From NCBI GenBank assembly GCA_023269085.1, contig JAHFML010000001.1, positions 108,578-172,577 on the forward strand: DNA of 64,000 nucleotides, in the 5' to 3' direction. The position numbers were made by a program, and so were the translations under genes. Under the pieces are notes generated by a model. That model did not search any database. It saw only the letters and a program-made list of their open reading frames with translations, and had not been told where the DNA came from. This DNA is from a bacterium (lineage in GTDB: Bacteria; Patescibacteriota; Minisyncoccia; Phycocordibacterales; Phycocordibacteraceae). Below, piece by piece: positions 29,901 through 38,100 of this stretch (its first letter is position 1; each line of letters begins with the position of its first letter).

Positions 29901-31637
29901 GTTCCGCACGATGAGATTTGAGAGGTCTTGAATCATGTTGACCTGCTGTATCGTCGTCATATTGGTCACCGTCTGCGCCGCGACTGGCTGCATCATGCCC
30001 GCAACCGTCGCGAGCACGTCGGTGCGGAGCGAGGCGAGCGACTGCGTCAAGAGATCCGGCGACACGCCCTTTACGATCGTCGTGTAGGTCGGATACGAAT
30101 TGACTACTCGCGCTGATACCGGCGCAGGTGCTAGAGCGAGAATAGTTGGCCGTGGGGTTATGATCGGCGCCGCGGTTTTCGATGTTGTCGTCGCAGAATA
30201 TATCGGGCGATCCGGCGCTATGACCAAGACCGTCGGTGAATGCACAAAAAACGTTGCAAGTGCTCCGCGTGTCGAATCAAAGAAATCGCGAATCGTCGTA
30301 TAGGTGCCGAGTGCGGCGCGCTCGCCAAGCGTGAGCGCCGGCACTGAGGTAATTACCGCCGCAAGACGCGATGCCGAGGGGAACGATTCGAGAACAAGCG
30401 CGGTCTTGCCGAGCAGGCCGAGAGCGGCGTCCTGCACGACAGAGGGGGAACGCGCTATGAGCACCGGTACCGCAACAGCCGCGCGACCGACTGCCGCAGA
30501 AGTCGCGTATGCCGCTCTGCCCGTTTGATCGACCGACGCGAGATACCCCCGCGTTATGGCATCGGTCGCTCTGACGAAATGCATCGCGCCAGAATATTCA
30601 ACATCGAAAACCGCCTCCGCGAGAGAGGGGGCTCCCCTGACGCCGCTCGACACCGTATCCGCGAGAGCATACATGACGCGGACATCGGTTCGTATCGCAG
30701 ATTGAGAAAGCGCGGCGATTGCGCGCGCGACGCCACGACCAGACGCAAATGCGAGATGCGGTACCTGCGCGAGCGCGTCTCGCGTGTCTGCGCCGATTGC
30801 GAGCGCCGTGCCGCCCATAGCATCAATCACCGATTGCCGCGTCGGCAGTGAGCTCGTCATTGCAGCGGCGATCTCTGACGGCGTGGTGACAAACGCGATT
30901 GTGCGAATGAGGCTCGCTCGTATTGCCGCAAACGAGATCGTCGATCGTGCCACAGGCGTCGCCGCGAATGTCTTATGGACCTCTGGTGACTCGGCGCTAT
31001 ATTCTCGAACGAGCGAGGTCTGCATCGACGCGAGCACATTTCCTGCCGAGAGCGCTCGGTACGCCGATGCCTCCGGAGAGGCTGCCATGACGCGAGACGA
31101 GATCTCGCGCATCGCACCGCGTGACGTATCGACGCGCGTCGCGATGCGCGAAGGCACGTCGCCGAAGGTCTCGGTGAAGCCGAGTGCTGTCTCTTGCGCC
31201 AGCGCCGCAACTTGATTGGTAAAACTGGACAACGCCTCTGCGCGCGCGCCGAGAGCGCCCAACGCGACGACGAGCAGAGCTGTGACAAGAGAGACCGTGC
31301 GCGTACCACGCACCGGCGTCCCGATGGCCAAGCGATATGGCGACACCACCATCTGCATCGTCAAGATTGACTCATCGCGCGGCTCTGTATTCTTCTGCAG
31401 CTTACGATATTCATTCGCACGAACATCAGCGAGCTCGCGTGCACGAAGAACCTTCCGATTTTTTTGTTTTTGTAAAAAGGATTCGAGCGCTACCCGATCT
31501 ACCATCCACTGATGCCCGATCTTTTTCCCTTCTATCTCTCCTGCTCGCACGAGTCGCGCGAGATAGTCTTGTGTGTATCCCGACAGCTCTCCAGCCTCTT
31601 TCGTTGTTATGAATTTTTCGTTAGGTGAGGAGTGCAT
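23967..31637 (-). CDS. giant (2,556-aa) membrane-anchored surface protein. N-terminal excisionase-type HTH, single TM, tandem repeats, tail-fibre-like Gly/Asn β-helix repeats, peptidase-S74-like intramolecular chaperone motif, C-terminal Ig-like domain
   Basis: One uninterrupted 7.7-kb ORF. N-term ITTKEAGELSGYTQDYLARLVRAGEIEGKKIGHQWMVDRVALESFL (HTH_17-like) and TM TVSLVTALLVVALGALGA. Repeats of NAFGYGALALNTTGNTNSAFG type. SSEKFKTNIVPLSS…LKPVSFTF (S74-like). C-terminal ~90 aa Ig-like (VVILNGAAAIQLTQGDTFTDPGATALD). Confidence 0.85.
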   Translation of the reverse strand: MHSSPNEKFITTKEAGELSGYTQDYLARLVRAGEIEGKKIGHQWMVDRVALESFLQKQKNRKVLRARELADVRANEYRKLQKNTEPRDESILTMQMVVSPYRLAIGTPVRGTRTVSLVTALLVVALGALGARAEALSSFTNQVAALAQETALGFTETFGDVPSRIATRVDTSRGAMREISSRVMAASPEASAYRALSAGNVLASMQTSLVREYSAESPEVHKTFAATPVARSTISFAAIRASLIRTIAFVTTPSEIAAAMTSSLPTRQSVIDAMGGTALAIGADTRDALAQVPHLAFASGRGVARAIAALSQSAIRTDVRVMYALADTVSSGVRGAPSLAEAVFDVEYSGAMHFVRATDAITRGYLASVDQTGRAAYATSAAVGRAAVAVPVLIARSPSVVQDAALGLLGKTALVLESFPSASRLAAVITSVPALTLGERAALGTYTTIRDFFDSTRGALATFFVHSPTVLVIAPDRPIYSATTTSKTAAPIITPRPTILALAPAPVSARVVNSYPTYTTIVKGVSPDLLTQSLASLRTDVLATVAGMMQPVAAQTVTNMTTIQQVNMIQDLSNLIVRNGDFRGGSLTGGGLVSATTGKFDNLFIGSTDIASYLSSFSNAGQITSGHFVATSSLASVFPYASTTALTVSGSTWLSGLANAPLLGTNANGKLVAVATSSLGITSAVWGNITGVLANQTDLQSALNAKLSLANWYATTTDGLKEGNTNLYYTDARARAALSTSGPLAYNSGAGAFSIAQAGNSSNGFLSSIDWNDFNSRLSTTTLGLFNKDFFFSTTSTNYWLTNKSTTNLAEGANLYYTDARARAALSTSGPLSYNSGTGAFSIASGYIIPLIASTTNWNGSYDTVAANSTNWNSAYAGWNANSANWDTAYASRITLATAPLSFAGNVLSLAQASSTANGYLSSTDWNIFNSKVSSPWATSGADISYIAGNVGIGTAAPAYKLDVAGTARFTNSLALSSITSCTGTQALQTDGSGNVSCGLINTSGASVGGGWASDATKHTVSLATSTYLVAVGATSTLYAKFAVISGSVATTTLALVPSASQTAHIIDIYNTSGALSSVLTADDRLGIGTTTPWATLSVNAPAGRLSFAIGSSTKTSFVVDKNGYVGVGTPMPSSLLTVAANALGVIQTNSSGLAIENMTAASAGAQQISPSLRFTGQGWATTPVASQRTDWQMYALPVQGSANPTSNLIFASGVNGGAYTTRFTLTSGGALSSISSLAMTNTLTNTRTALAAVSTDGIILTNTTAATAGATVQMSPRLRLSGTVWDTGAAASRTVNFKNEVLPVSGNPGTARMLWGYDYNAGGYSELMSLVSTGLLGIGTTTPGSLLSLGNTGANTINISNVATSTFGYGINLKKGCYAINGVCVAANALTAVAVSAPLTGNGTSGSPLTIAQSNGTTDGYLAQADWSHFNTAYTSRIVSATLPLTISANTVAMTQANTSTNGWLSSTDWNTFNTKDSFAWPFTPTAWGVSTSTTIGFTNGIIASASSTIGSLNILANGNVGVGTSPTQKLDVAGYVNTDQYSGFKQAGNTVLYASTTNSSLAIGASSAANWMRATSTLFYDVAIGQGALQTVPTNGLSQFNVAVGFSALGANTSGKINNAFGYGALALNTTGNTNSAFGFNTLRFNTTGNSNSAYGNNALYSNITGNNNSAFGYFALRYNTSATSSVAIGHQAGQGTAAYSNTGGTYVGFQSGYVLATGSNYNTLVGYQSGFSITSGARNTFLGNSTIAASQNQVTTGSNNISIGNDVAVPSATASNQLNIGNMIYGTGLSGTGATVSTGNIGIGLTAPAYKLDVAGYVNTDQYSGFKQAGNTVLYASTTNFSLALGTTGAAGWMRATSTLFYDIAIGQGALGTTPTNGTASTNTAVGVNALNVNRTGNSNTVLGAFTLPVLTTGNSNTALGRSVLNTNITGSFNTAVGSFALRYNTSASSSVAVGYNAGGGTAAYSNQGGTYLGYQAGYSAQTNSNYNTLVGYLSGYSITSGARNTFLGNSVIAASQNQVTTGSNNISIGNDVAVPSATASNQLNIGNMIYGTGLSGTGATVSTGNIGIGTTSPWRKLSVAGSMAIDSPTVSTTGDYLCWNTVTHEIEAGTTCTLSSEKFKTNIVPLSSVSGLDEVLALKPVSFTFIKGYGDNGATTQLGFIAEQAALVDSRLVTRDEQGNPNGFVYANFTSVLTKAIQQLDAKLDVPAGATSTPLAVLTADGRQVDLYKLATYAVANVSLLAGKIDAQGTRLTSLEARVAKLESGAVSVASASPLALGTTSLASALQGFGVLIEKGIAQFNTLVFRQIVASKDADGTSSAGSVSIITGNTVAQVQNSLVLPSTKVFVTFNSQISGSWWVADKTAGSFRVVLSAPQTIDVSFDYFLVQTEGQLATSTPNTLGTSASAPAPVVIAPVASSTPQGGAASGASGVSATSGTASSTPASTGSTGSPQGDTTSPVVILNGAAAIQLTQGDTFTDPGATALDNVDGNLTAKIVETGAVDTAAIGLTTLTYSATDAAGNVGSASRVVTVIAPPSSPVAPTPVDATATPAT
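25420..25672. repeat. intragenic tandem repeat copy A (~255 bp, near-identical to 26218-26470)
   Basis: Direct inspection: strings such as ctcaccgtcgcacctgtcccgctcaaccctgtcccatatatcatgttcccgatattgagttggttgcttgcggtcgcgctcgg occur in both copies. Period is about 798 bp (266 aa). Confidence 0.8.
26218..26470. repeat. intragenic tandem repeat copy B
   Basis: See copy A. Confidence 0.8.
29107..29470. repeat. two tandem ~264-bp (88-aa) repeats within the giant gene (NLYYTDARARAALSTSGPL[AS]YNSG[AT]GAFSIA)
   Basis: gcgatcgagaaggcgcccg…gagcgggccagaggtagagagcgccgcgcgcgcacgagcgtcggtgtagtagaggttcg occurs at about 29107 and about 29371. Confidence 0.7.
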
Positions 31638-32178
31638 GCGGATATCCGAATTAACTAAATGATATCTGATTATTCCGGCATCACCTAGCGCGAAGATGTG
31701 GATAATTCTTGAATAAAAAAGTATCCGCTTGAAGCCGGTAGTATGGCTGCTGTTTTTATAAAAAATTTCTTGAGATTTTCTTTATGGAGACTTGTCCTCA
31801 CGCATCCAACCTCTGCAATCTCGGCATATTCAGCTCATTATGTGTTCGTGACACACGAATATTCTCAAACATCAGTGCGTCTCGACGCAAAATCCCAGCA
31901 ATGTTGACCAACAAAATATCAGAAATGTTTTACTCGCTCAACTCTTTCTTGTTATCAGGAATAAACATATCTTATATGGTCATTCCTGCATGTTCTTGAA
32001 CTGATTTTCATTTACATACATTTATATATGCGTATCTGGCTTGCTACGCGATGCGTTGCCCGATATTTTTTACAGGTTATGACACCTGCTAACTCTCTTT
32101 ATTACAGGCTCTGCAACTGTATAGTCGAGTCAGAGTGGCTCATCTCGCGTATCCGAGACGAGATACATAGAAAATACG

Positions 32179-32976
32179 CTACTTATTGTAGATTGTGATT
32201 CCAAAAAAGTTGCTTACTCGACTGCTCGAGAACAAGTAGTTGTCCATATAGCCGCTGTTAGCAACCGCCAAAACTACAGAGACCATCGCCAGTAGTACGA
32301 AAAGTGTCTTGGTGGCGAGCATGATATGCGTTTGATATGGGCGCTCGTACTGCGGCATCGGCAAATCGGCCTTCTCTTGCTGCGGCAAGCGAGGCGCTGT
32401 TGGTACCGGATCCGCTGAAGGCAAGATCGCCGCGGCGCGCACGGGATTTAGAATGTGGATTGGTATGCTCACCAAAGCACCGGTTTCTGGTTCTGGTTCA
32501 GCAACCGTGTCTGCCGGTGTTGCGGCCTGACTGAACAGATTTTCCCACGAGTCTTGCAGACCGTTGCTCGGCTTCTCTGATACCTGTGGTGTCTTCGCCG
32601 TTTCCTTTATAGGCTCTGTTTCTTTTGTGGTCGTGACTGGTTCTGCAACCGACAGACTGGGCGTTCGCAGGCGATTAAGCGGTGGTAGCGCACTCACCTC
32701 GTCTTCTTCTACCGCTTCATATCGCGGAGCTGATTCATACGCGGCATTTTGAGTGTCCTGCTTAAAACCAATGTTCTCTGTACTGTTATTGACCTCCTCT
32801 CCGAACCTATGATCCTGAATAGCCGACTCGAGAACATACCACGCCCGACCAACGAGTCGTGCCGGGACCCTACCTTCGCGACAAAGCTGCCCTATATAAT
32901 CCTTCGCGTAGCCGGTAATCTTTGCGGCTTGTTTCGACGATATATATTTTTTTTCTTCTATGAGAATCTCATCCAT
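32179..32976 (-). CDS. membrane-anchored protein with an N-terminal excisionase-type HTH (paralogous N-terminus to the giant protein)
   Basis: ISSKQAAKITGYAKDYIGQLCREGRVPARLVGRAWYVLESAI (HTH), an acidic/Pro-rich linker and a C-proximal TM TLFVLLAMVSVVLAVA. Confidence 0.6.
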   Translation of the reverse strand: MDEILIEEKKYISSKQAAKITGYAKDYIGQLCREGRVPARLVGRAWYVLESAIQDHRFGEEVNNSTENIGFKQDTQNAAYESAPRYEAVEEDEVSALPPLNRLRTPSLSVAEPVTTTKETEPIKETAKTPQVSEKPSNGLQDSWENLFSQAATPADTVAEPEPETGALVSIPIHILNPVRAAAILPSADPVPTAPRLPQQEKADLPMPQYERPYQTHIMLATKTLFVLLAMVSVVLAVANSGYMDNYLFSSSRVSNFFGITIYNK

Positions 32977-33035
32977 TGCTGTCAGTATAAGGGTATCTCG
33001 GCTCGGTGAAAAGGGTTGTGCACAGAGCCTGTATT

Positions 33036-34451
33036 TTAGCCAAGAGTAGCGATGATGAGTTCGCGGAGTAGGGTCGGATTGCCGGCACCTCGCGTAGCTT
33101 GCATGCTCTTGCCGACGAGGTATTGCAAAGCCGCGTCCTTCCCCGATCGGTACTCGATAACCGCCTTGACCTCTTCTTTAAGCACGCTCTCGACCGCAGT
33201 GCGCAAGAGCGTCGCGTCATGCACCTGGATCAACCCGTGCTCCGTGGCGATATTCTCGGGATCTCCCCCCTTCTCGACGAGCAGAGCGAGCGTGTCCTTA
33301 GCCCCGCGCGATGAGAGTTCGCCTGTGTCAATGAGCTTGATGAGCTTCGCAAAAGCCTTCGGGTCAAGAGCCGCATATTCTTCGCACCCCTGTTTGGCAT
33401 ATATACCTGCAAGATCCGATACGATATAGTTCACGGCGATTGAGACAAGACGGCGATCCATACCAAGTTCTTCCGTAAGAGCATCAAAGAATGTCGCGCG
33501 CTCGAGCGTGTCCACTACATAGGCGATATCACTCTCTTTCAAAGCAAAAGCTTCTGTGTACCGCGTTCGACGCTCCCAGGGGAGCTCGGGAAGTGATGCG
33601 CGTATCACCGCATCACTGAAATCAGCAATCTCCGACCGATACATCTTCGGGAGATCTGGTTCAGGGAAGTAGCGATAGTCGGCGCTCCCCTCCTTAAAGC
33701 GTTGGTGAAAGGTTATCTGCTTCGATTCATCCCATCCGCGCGTCTCCTGCACGACCGCCCCGCCGCTCTCAATAAGCGCTGACTGCCTTTCGATCTCGTG
33801 TGCGATAGCGCGCTCGACCGAACGAAACGAGTTCAGGTTTTTGACTTCGACTTTCGTGCCGAGCTTCCCTTCTTCCTTCGAAACCGAGATGTTCGCTTCG
33901 ATGCGCATTTCTCCCTTCTCGAGATTTGCTTCTCCTGCACGAAGGGTACGGAGAAGGAGCTGCAATTCTCGTGCGAATCTCCCTGCCGTCGCCGCATCGT
34001 GAATCACGGGTTCAGTGACCAGCTCCATGAGCGGCACGCCGGAACGATTGAAGTCGACACAACTCCCTTCTTTCGCGTGTGTCGAGCGCGCCGTGTCTTC
34101 TTCGAGATGCACGCGGGTGACCGCAACACCCGCGAGCTCTCCACCCTCTACGAAGGGATGTTCGTATTGACTGATCTGATACCCTTTAGGGATATCAGGA
34201 TAGAAATAGCTCTTGCGATCGAATTCACTGAAATCCGCGAGCTCCCCGCCGAGGGCCGTACCAACCCGCAGGATATGCCGCACTGCTTCTCGATTGATCA
34301 CAGGCAATGTCCCCGGGTGTGCGAGACATACGGGGCAGACATGCGTATTCGGTTTTACTTCGTCAGCGTCATTCGCACAGCGACAGAACATCTTAGTCGC
34401 TGTTTTGAGCTCGGCGTGTATCTCAAGTCCTATGGTCGGGCGGTACTCCAT
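33036..34451 (-). CDS. gatB: Asp-tRNA(Asn)/Glu-tRNA(Gln) amidotransferase subunit B
   Basis: MEYRPTIGLEIHAEL…CRCAND…CPVCL (GatB N-terminal Zn motif) and the C-terminal YqeY-like tail. Confidence 0.9.
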   Translation of the reverse strand: MEYRPTIGLEIHAELKTATKMFCRCANDADEVKPNTHVCPVCLAHPGTLPVINREAVRHILRVGTALGGELADFSEFDRKSYFYPDIPKGYQISQYEHPFVEGGELAGVAVTRVHLEEDTARSTHAKEGSCVDFNRSGVPLMELVTEPVIHDAATAGRFARELQLLLRTLRAGEANLEKGEMRIEANISVSKEEGKLGTKVEVKNLNSFRSVERAIAHEIERQSALIESGGAVVQETRGWDESKQITFHQRFKEGSADYRYFPEPDLPKMYRSEIADFSDAVIRASLPELPWERRTRYTEAFALKESDIAYVVDTLERATFFDALTEELGMDRRLVSIAVNYIVSDLAGIYAKQGCEEYAALDPKAFAKLIKLIDTGELSSRGAKDTLALLVEKGGDPENIATEHGLIQVHDATLLRTAVESVLKEEVKAVIEYRSGKDAALQYLVGKSMQATRGAGNPTLLRELIIATLG

Positions 34452-34507
34452 ATCTGATATACCCTAGCTTATAGCAAACGAGGCGACCTGAATAGCCCCT
34501 CCCTTGT

Positions 34508-35476
34508 TCAGGCAAGCAATGTTGCAAGCCTATCTGAGAATTGTTTGAGTGATAAATCGTCGATTATAGAGACTGCAAGCACTTCCCCACCCGTCTCCTT
34601 CTTCAAGCTATCAATCGCTTCTTGTACCTCTGCAGGAGAGAGAAGATCGGTCTTTGAGAGTACAATTATTTCCTTTTTATCTATAAGCGCCTGTCCAAAC
34701 GACTCTATTTCTTTACGAACTTCTCTGTAGGCACTAATCTTGTCTTCTTGGCTAGCCGAGACGAGATGTAGCAGGATTCCTGTCCTTTCTACGTGCTTTA
34801 GGAACTTTATGCCGAGACCTCGCCCTTCCGAGGCGCCTTCAATAAGCCCCGGGATATCAGCAATAATGCGACCATAGAAGTCCCCGAGGTTCGGCTCGAG
34901 CGTGGTGAATGGATAGTCACCGACCTTTGACTTTGCTCGGGTCAACGCATTGAGGAGCGACGACTTGCCGGCGTTCGGAAGGCCGATAAGCCCAGCATCG
35001 GCGATGATTTTCAGACGGAACTCGATATCCCCACCCTTCCCCGGTTTACCGTTCGTCTGCTCAAACGGATTCTGATTCGTCGAACTCTTGAAGTGCGCAT
35101 TCCCGAACCCGCCGAAGCCTCCCCTGAAAAGTACGAGCTGCTCATCCTCGTGGGTTATTTCGAACTCGTCACCATCATCGCCAACACGAGCGACCGTACC
35201 AACAGGAACCTTGAGAAAGACATCCGCCCCGTTTGCGCCGTTCTTGTATTCGCCTTGTCCTGCCACGCCATTCTCGGCATGAAATTTCTTCTCATATCGA
35301 AACTGCGCGAGCGCTGAGAGATCGCGCACGCCGATCAAGATAACGTCGCCGCCGCGTCCGCCATCGCCGCCCGATGGGCCGCCGCGCGCCTTCTCCTTCG
35401 TATGCGCCCAACGAATGACGCCGTTACCGCCACCACCTGCCGTTGCCTGTATTCGTACTTCATCAATAAATGCCAT
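34508..35476 (-). CDS. obg: GTPase Obg
   Basis: Gly-rich Obg fold (GGGGNGVIRWAHTKEKARGGPSGGDGGRGGDVIL) plus G1-G4 motifs (GLPNAGKSS, DIPGLIEGA, SKTD). Confidence 0.9.
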   Translation of the reverse strand: MAFIDEVRIQATAGGGGNGVIRWAHTKEKARGGPSGGDGGRGGDVILIGVRDLSALAQFRYEKKFHAENGVAGQGEYKNGANGADVFLKVPVGTVARVGDDGDEFEITHEDEQLVLFRGGFGGFGNAHFKSSTNQNPFEQTNGKPGKGGDIEFRLKIIADAGLIGLPNAGKSSLLNALTRAKSKVGDYPFTTLEPNLGDFYGRIIADIPGLIEGASEGRGLGIKFLKHVERTGILLHLVSASQEDKISAYREVRKEIESFGQALIDKKEIIVLSKTDLLSPAEVQEAIDSLKKETGGEVLAVSIIDDLSLKQFSDRLATLLA

Positions 35477-35485
35477 GGCAGAATA

Positions 35486-38017
35486 TTATGCGCGCCCAAT
35501 AATGCGCCACCCCTCACGAAGGAGCGGCTCGGCCTTCTTAAACTTAAGCGTCTTTGTCTCATCGCCTTGTGCGATATGCACCATCTCATTACGACCATAC
35601 TCAGCCGACCTGACGATAGGCGCCCCGCTCTGATCCTCTTTCCCAGCTGTCTCGAATAGGGCGCGCGTCTTCTCCTCCTCTTTGGTCGTTTGCTCTGATA
35701 CGGGCATGCCGGGTGTTGCCTGCAAGCGCGGCAACGCTTCGACAAGCGTCGCGACGATACTTGCTTCGAGCGCGCGGAATCGCGCGAGCCCCTCGCGTCG
35801 ATATTCGATAAGCGGATCGCGCTGGCCATAAGCGCGGAGCGACACGCTCCGGCGCAGATAGTCCATCGTCTCGAGGTGCTCGAGCCAGAACATATCGATG
35901 ACCTGCAACAGCAGATGCCGGAGGAGCGGGACGAACGCCGCGCCCGATTCGACCTTCTTCTCTTCAAGCGAAGAGAGTGCCTGATCGTTGTCTGAAAGAA
36001 GCGTTTGCACTATCTCTTCAACCCCTCTGTCGCTCCCGAGGAGCGCGGCCCTGCGGCGCGCGTAGATAGCGAGACGCTGGGTATTCATCACGTCGTCATA
36101 GGCGAGCACCTGCTTGCGTGCGTCGAAGTTGAAGCCTTCTATTCTCCCCTGTGCGGTCTCGAGCGAACGCGTAATCAGGGCGCTCTCGATCGGCTCGTCC
36201 TCGGGGATACCGAAGCGGCCCATGACATTCTTGAGCGTCTCTGCGGCAAAGACGCGCATGAGCTTGTCCTCAAGCGACACATAGAATCGCGTCTCGCCCG
36301 GGTCGCCCTGGCGCCCTGAACGTCCGCGGAGCTGATTATCAATGCGGCGCGCATCATGCCGCTCGGTCCCGATGACCGCGAGCCCGCCCGCGGCGATGAC
36401 CGCGGCACGTTCTTCGGCAGAAGCGTGCACACCGCCGAGCTTGATATCGACGCCGCGGCCGGCGAGATTCGTCGCGACCGTGACGCGCCCTGAGGCACCG
36501 GCACCGGCTATGATCTCCCCTTCACGCTCGTGATTCTTCGCATTCAAGAGCTCGTGCGGCACGCCCGCCTCGGTAAGGTAGCGGCTCACGATCTCATTGT
36601 CCTCGATCGAGACCGTGCCGATGAGGACCGGCTGACCCTTCGCTTGATGCGCCTGCACCGCGCGTGCGACGGCACGATATTTCCCTGTCGCTGTCTGGAA
36701 GATGAGATCGTCATAATCCTTCCGCGCAATTGTATTATTAGTCGGGATCACCACGACCTCGAGCTCGTACACGGTATAGAATTCTTCTTCTGATGAGAGC
36801 GCGGTACCGGTCATGCCGGCAAGGCGCGGGTACATGCGAAAAAGATTTTGGAAGGTGACGGTCGCATAGGTGCGCGTCTCCTCTCTGACCATCACGCCTT
36901 CCTTCGCTTCGATTGCTTGATGCAACCCCTCAGACCAACGGCGACCTGGCTGTAGACGACCGGTAAACTCATCAACAATGAGAATCTCGCCGTCACGAAT
37001 GATGTATTCTTTGTCGACATGGAAGAGTGCTTGCGCGCGCACCGCGGTCTCAAGATGGTACGCATACTTCATGCCACCCTCGGCATAGAGGTTGTCGAGA
37101 CCGAGCGCTACCTCGGCCTTGCGGATACCCTCTTCGGTAAGCTGAATCGCTTTTTGTTTTTCATCAATCGTATAATCAGCGCCCTCTTGGAGCGAACGGG
37201 CGAGCGCAGCGAATCGCTGATAGAGATCCTGCGAATCGCCCGCCGGCCCCGAGATGATGAGCGGCGTGCGCGCTTCGTCGATCAAGATCGAGTCGACCTC
37301 ATCGATAATCGCATAATACGGCTCGCGCTCTACGATCTGTCCGGGCGCATAGGCGGTGTTGTCGCGGAGATAATCGAAGCCGAGCTCGTTGTTGGTCACG
37401 TAGGTGACATCCGCGGCATACGCTTCGTGCTTCGTCACCGGCCGCAAATAATCATAGAAAACTTTGAAGGATCCTTCGACATCACGCACGGCATCTTCGG
37501 CAGACTCGACATGCGACGCGTCATAGCGATACGCACCCGCGCTCGTCACTACGCCGACCGTGAGACCGAGGAAGTCGTACACCTGCCCCATCCACGCGCC
37601 ATCGCGCCGCGCGAGATAGTCGTTCACCGTCACGACATGCACGCCCTTGCCGGCGAGCGCATGGAAGGTTGCGGGGAGCGTCGCGACCAACGTCTTGCCC
37701 TCGCCCGTACGCATCTCGGCGATCTTGCTATCGAGCAAGGCATAGCCACCCAAGAGCTGCACATCGAAGTGCGGTTGGCGCAGGGTGCGCCGCGCCGCCT
37801 CGCGCACGAGGGCAAAGACCGTTGCCGCATCATCTCGACTCGTCTCCCCTGCCGACACGGCCCGCGCTCGCACGAGCGCAAGCTCCTCGCGCAAAGCGGC
37901 ATCTCCGAGAGCGGCATACGCTTCCGTCCGCGCGTTCGTCGTCGCGACAAAGGGCGCCGCAGCCTTCAAGAAGGCCGAGGATTGATTCTTCGAGAATAAT
38001 CCGGAGAGATTGAACAT
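35486..38017 (-). CDS. secA: preprotein translocase subunit SecA
   Basis: 843 aa; DEAD-like motor (MRTGEGKTLVATLP, DEVDSILIDEARTPLIIS) and the C-terminal region. Confidence 0.95.
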   Translation of the reverse strand: MFNLSGLFSKNQSSAFLKAAAPFVATTNARTEAYAALGDAALREELALVRARAVSAGETSRDDAATVFALVREAARRTLRQPHFDVQLLGGYALLDSKIAEMRTGEGKTLVATLPATFHALAGKGVHVVTVNDYLARRDGAWMGQVYDFLGLTVGVVTSAGAYRYDASHVESAEDAVRDVEGSFKVFYDYLRPVTKHEAYAADVTYVTNNELGFDYLRDNTAYAPGQIVEREPYYAIIDEVDSILIDEARTPLIISGPAGDSQDLYQRFAALARSLQEGADYTIDEKQKAIQLTEEGIRKAEVALGLDNLYAEGGMKYAYHLETAVRAQALFHVDKEYIIRDGEILIVDEFTGRLQPGRRWSEGLHQAIEAKEGVMVREETRTYATVTFQNLFRMYPRLAGMTGTALSSEEEFYTVYELEVVVIPTNNTIARKDYDDLIFQTATGKYRAVARAVQAHQAKGQPVLIGTVSIEDNEIVSRYLTEAGVPHELLNAKNHEREGEIIAGAGASGRVTVATNLAGRGVDIKLGGVHASAEERAAVIAAGGLAVIGTERHDARRIDNQLRGRSGRQGDPGETRFYVSLEDKLMRVFAAETLKNVMGRFGIPEDEPIESALITRSLETAQGRIEGFNFDARKQVLAYDDVMNTQRLAIYARRRAALLGSDRGVEEIVQTLLSDNDQALSSLEEKKVESGAAFVPLLRHLLLQVIDMFWLEHLETMDYLRRSVSLRAYGQRDPLIEYRREGLARFRALEASIVATLVEALPRLQATPGMPVSEQTTKEEEKTRALFETAGKEDQSGAPIVRSAEYGRNEMVHIAQGDETKTLKFKKAEPLLREGWRIIGRA

Positions 38018-38100
38018 GAAGCCTCACTATAGCATAGAGTCGCTCTTTGGTCTAAAAAGAAAAATCCCGCACATTCATGCGGGATCTCTCTGTCTGCAAA

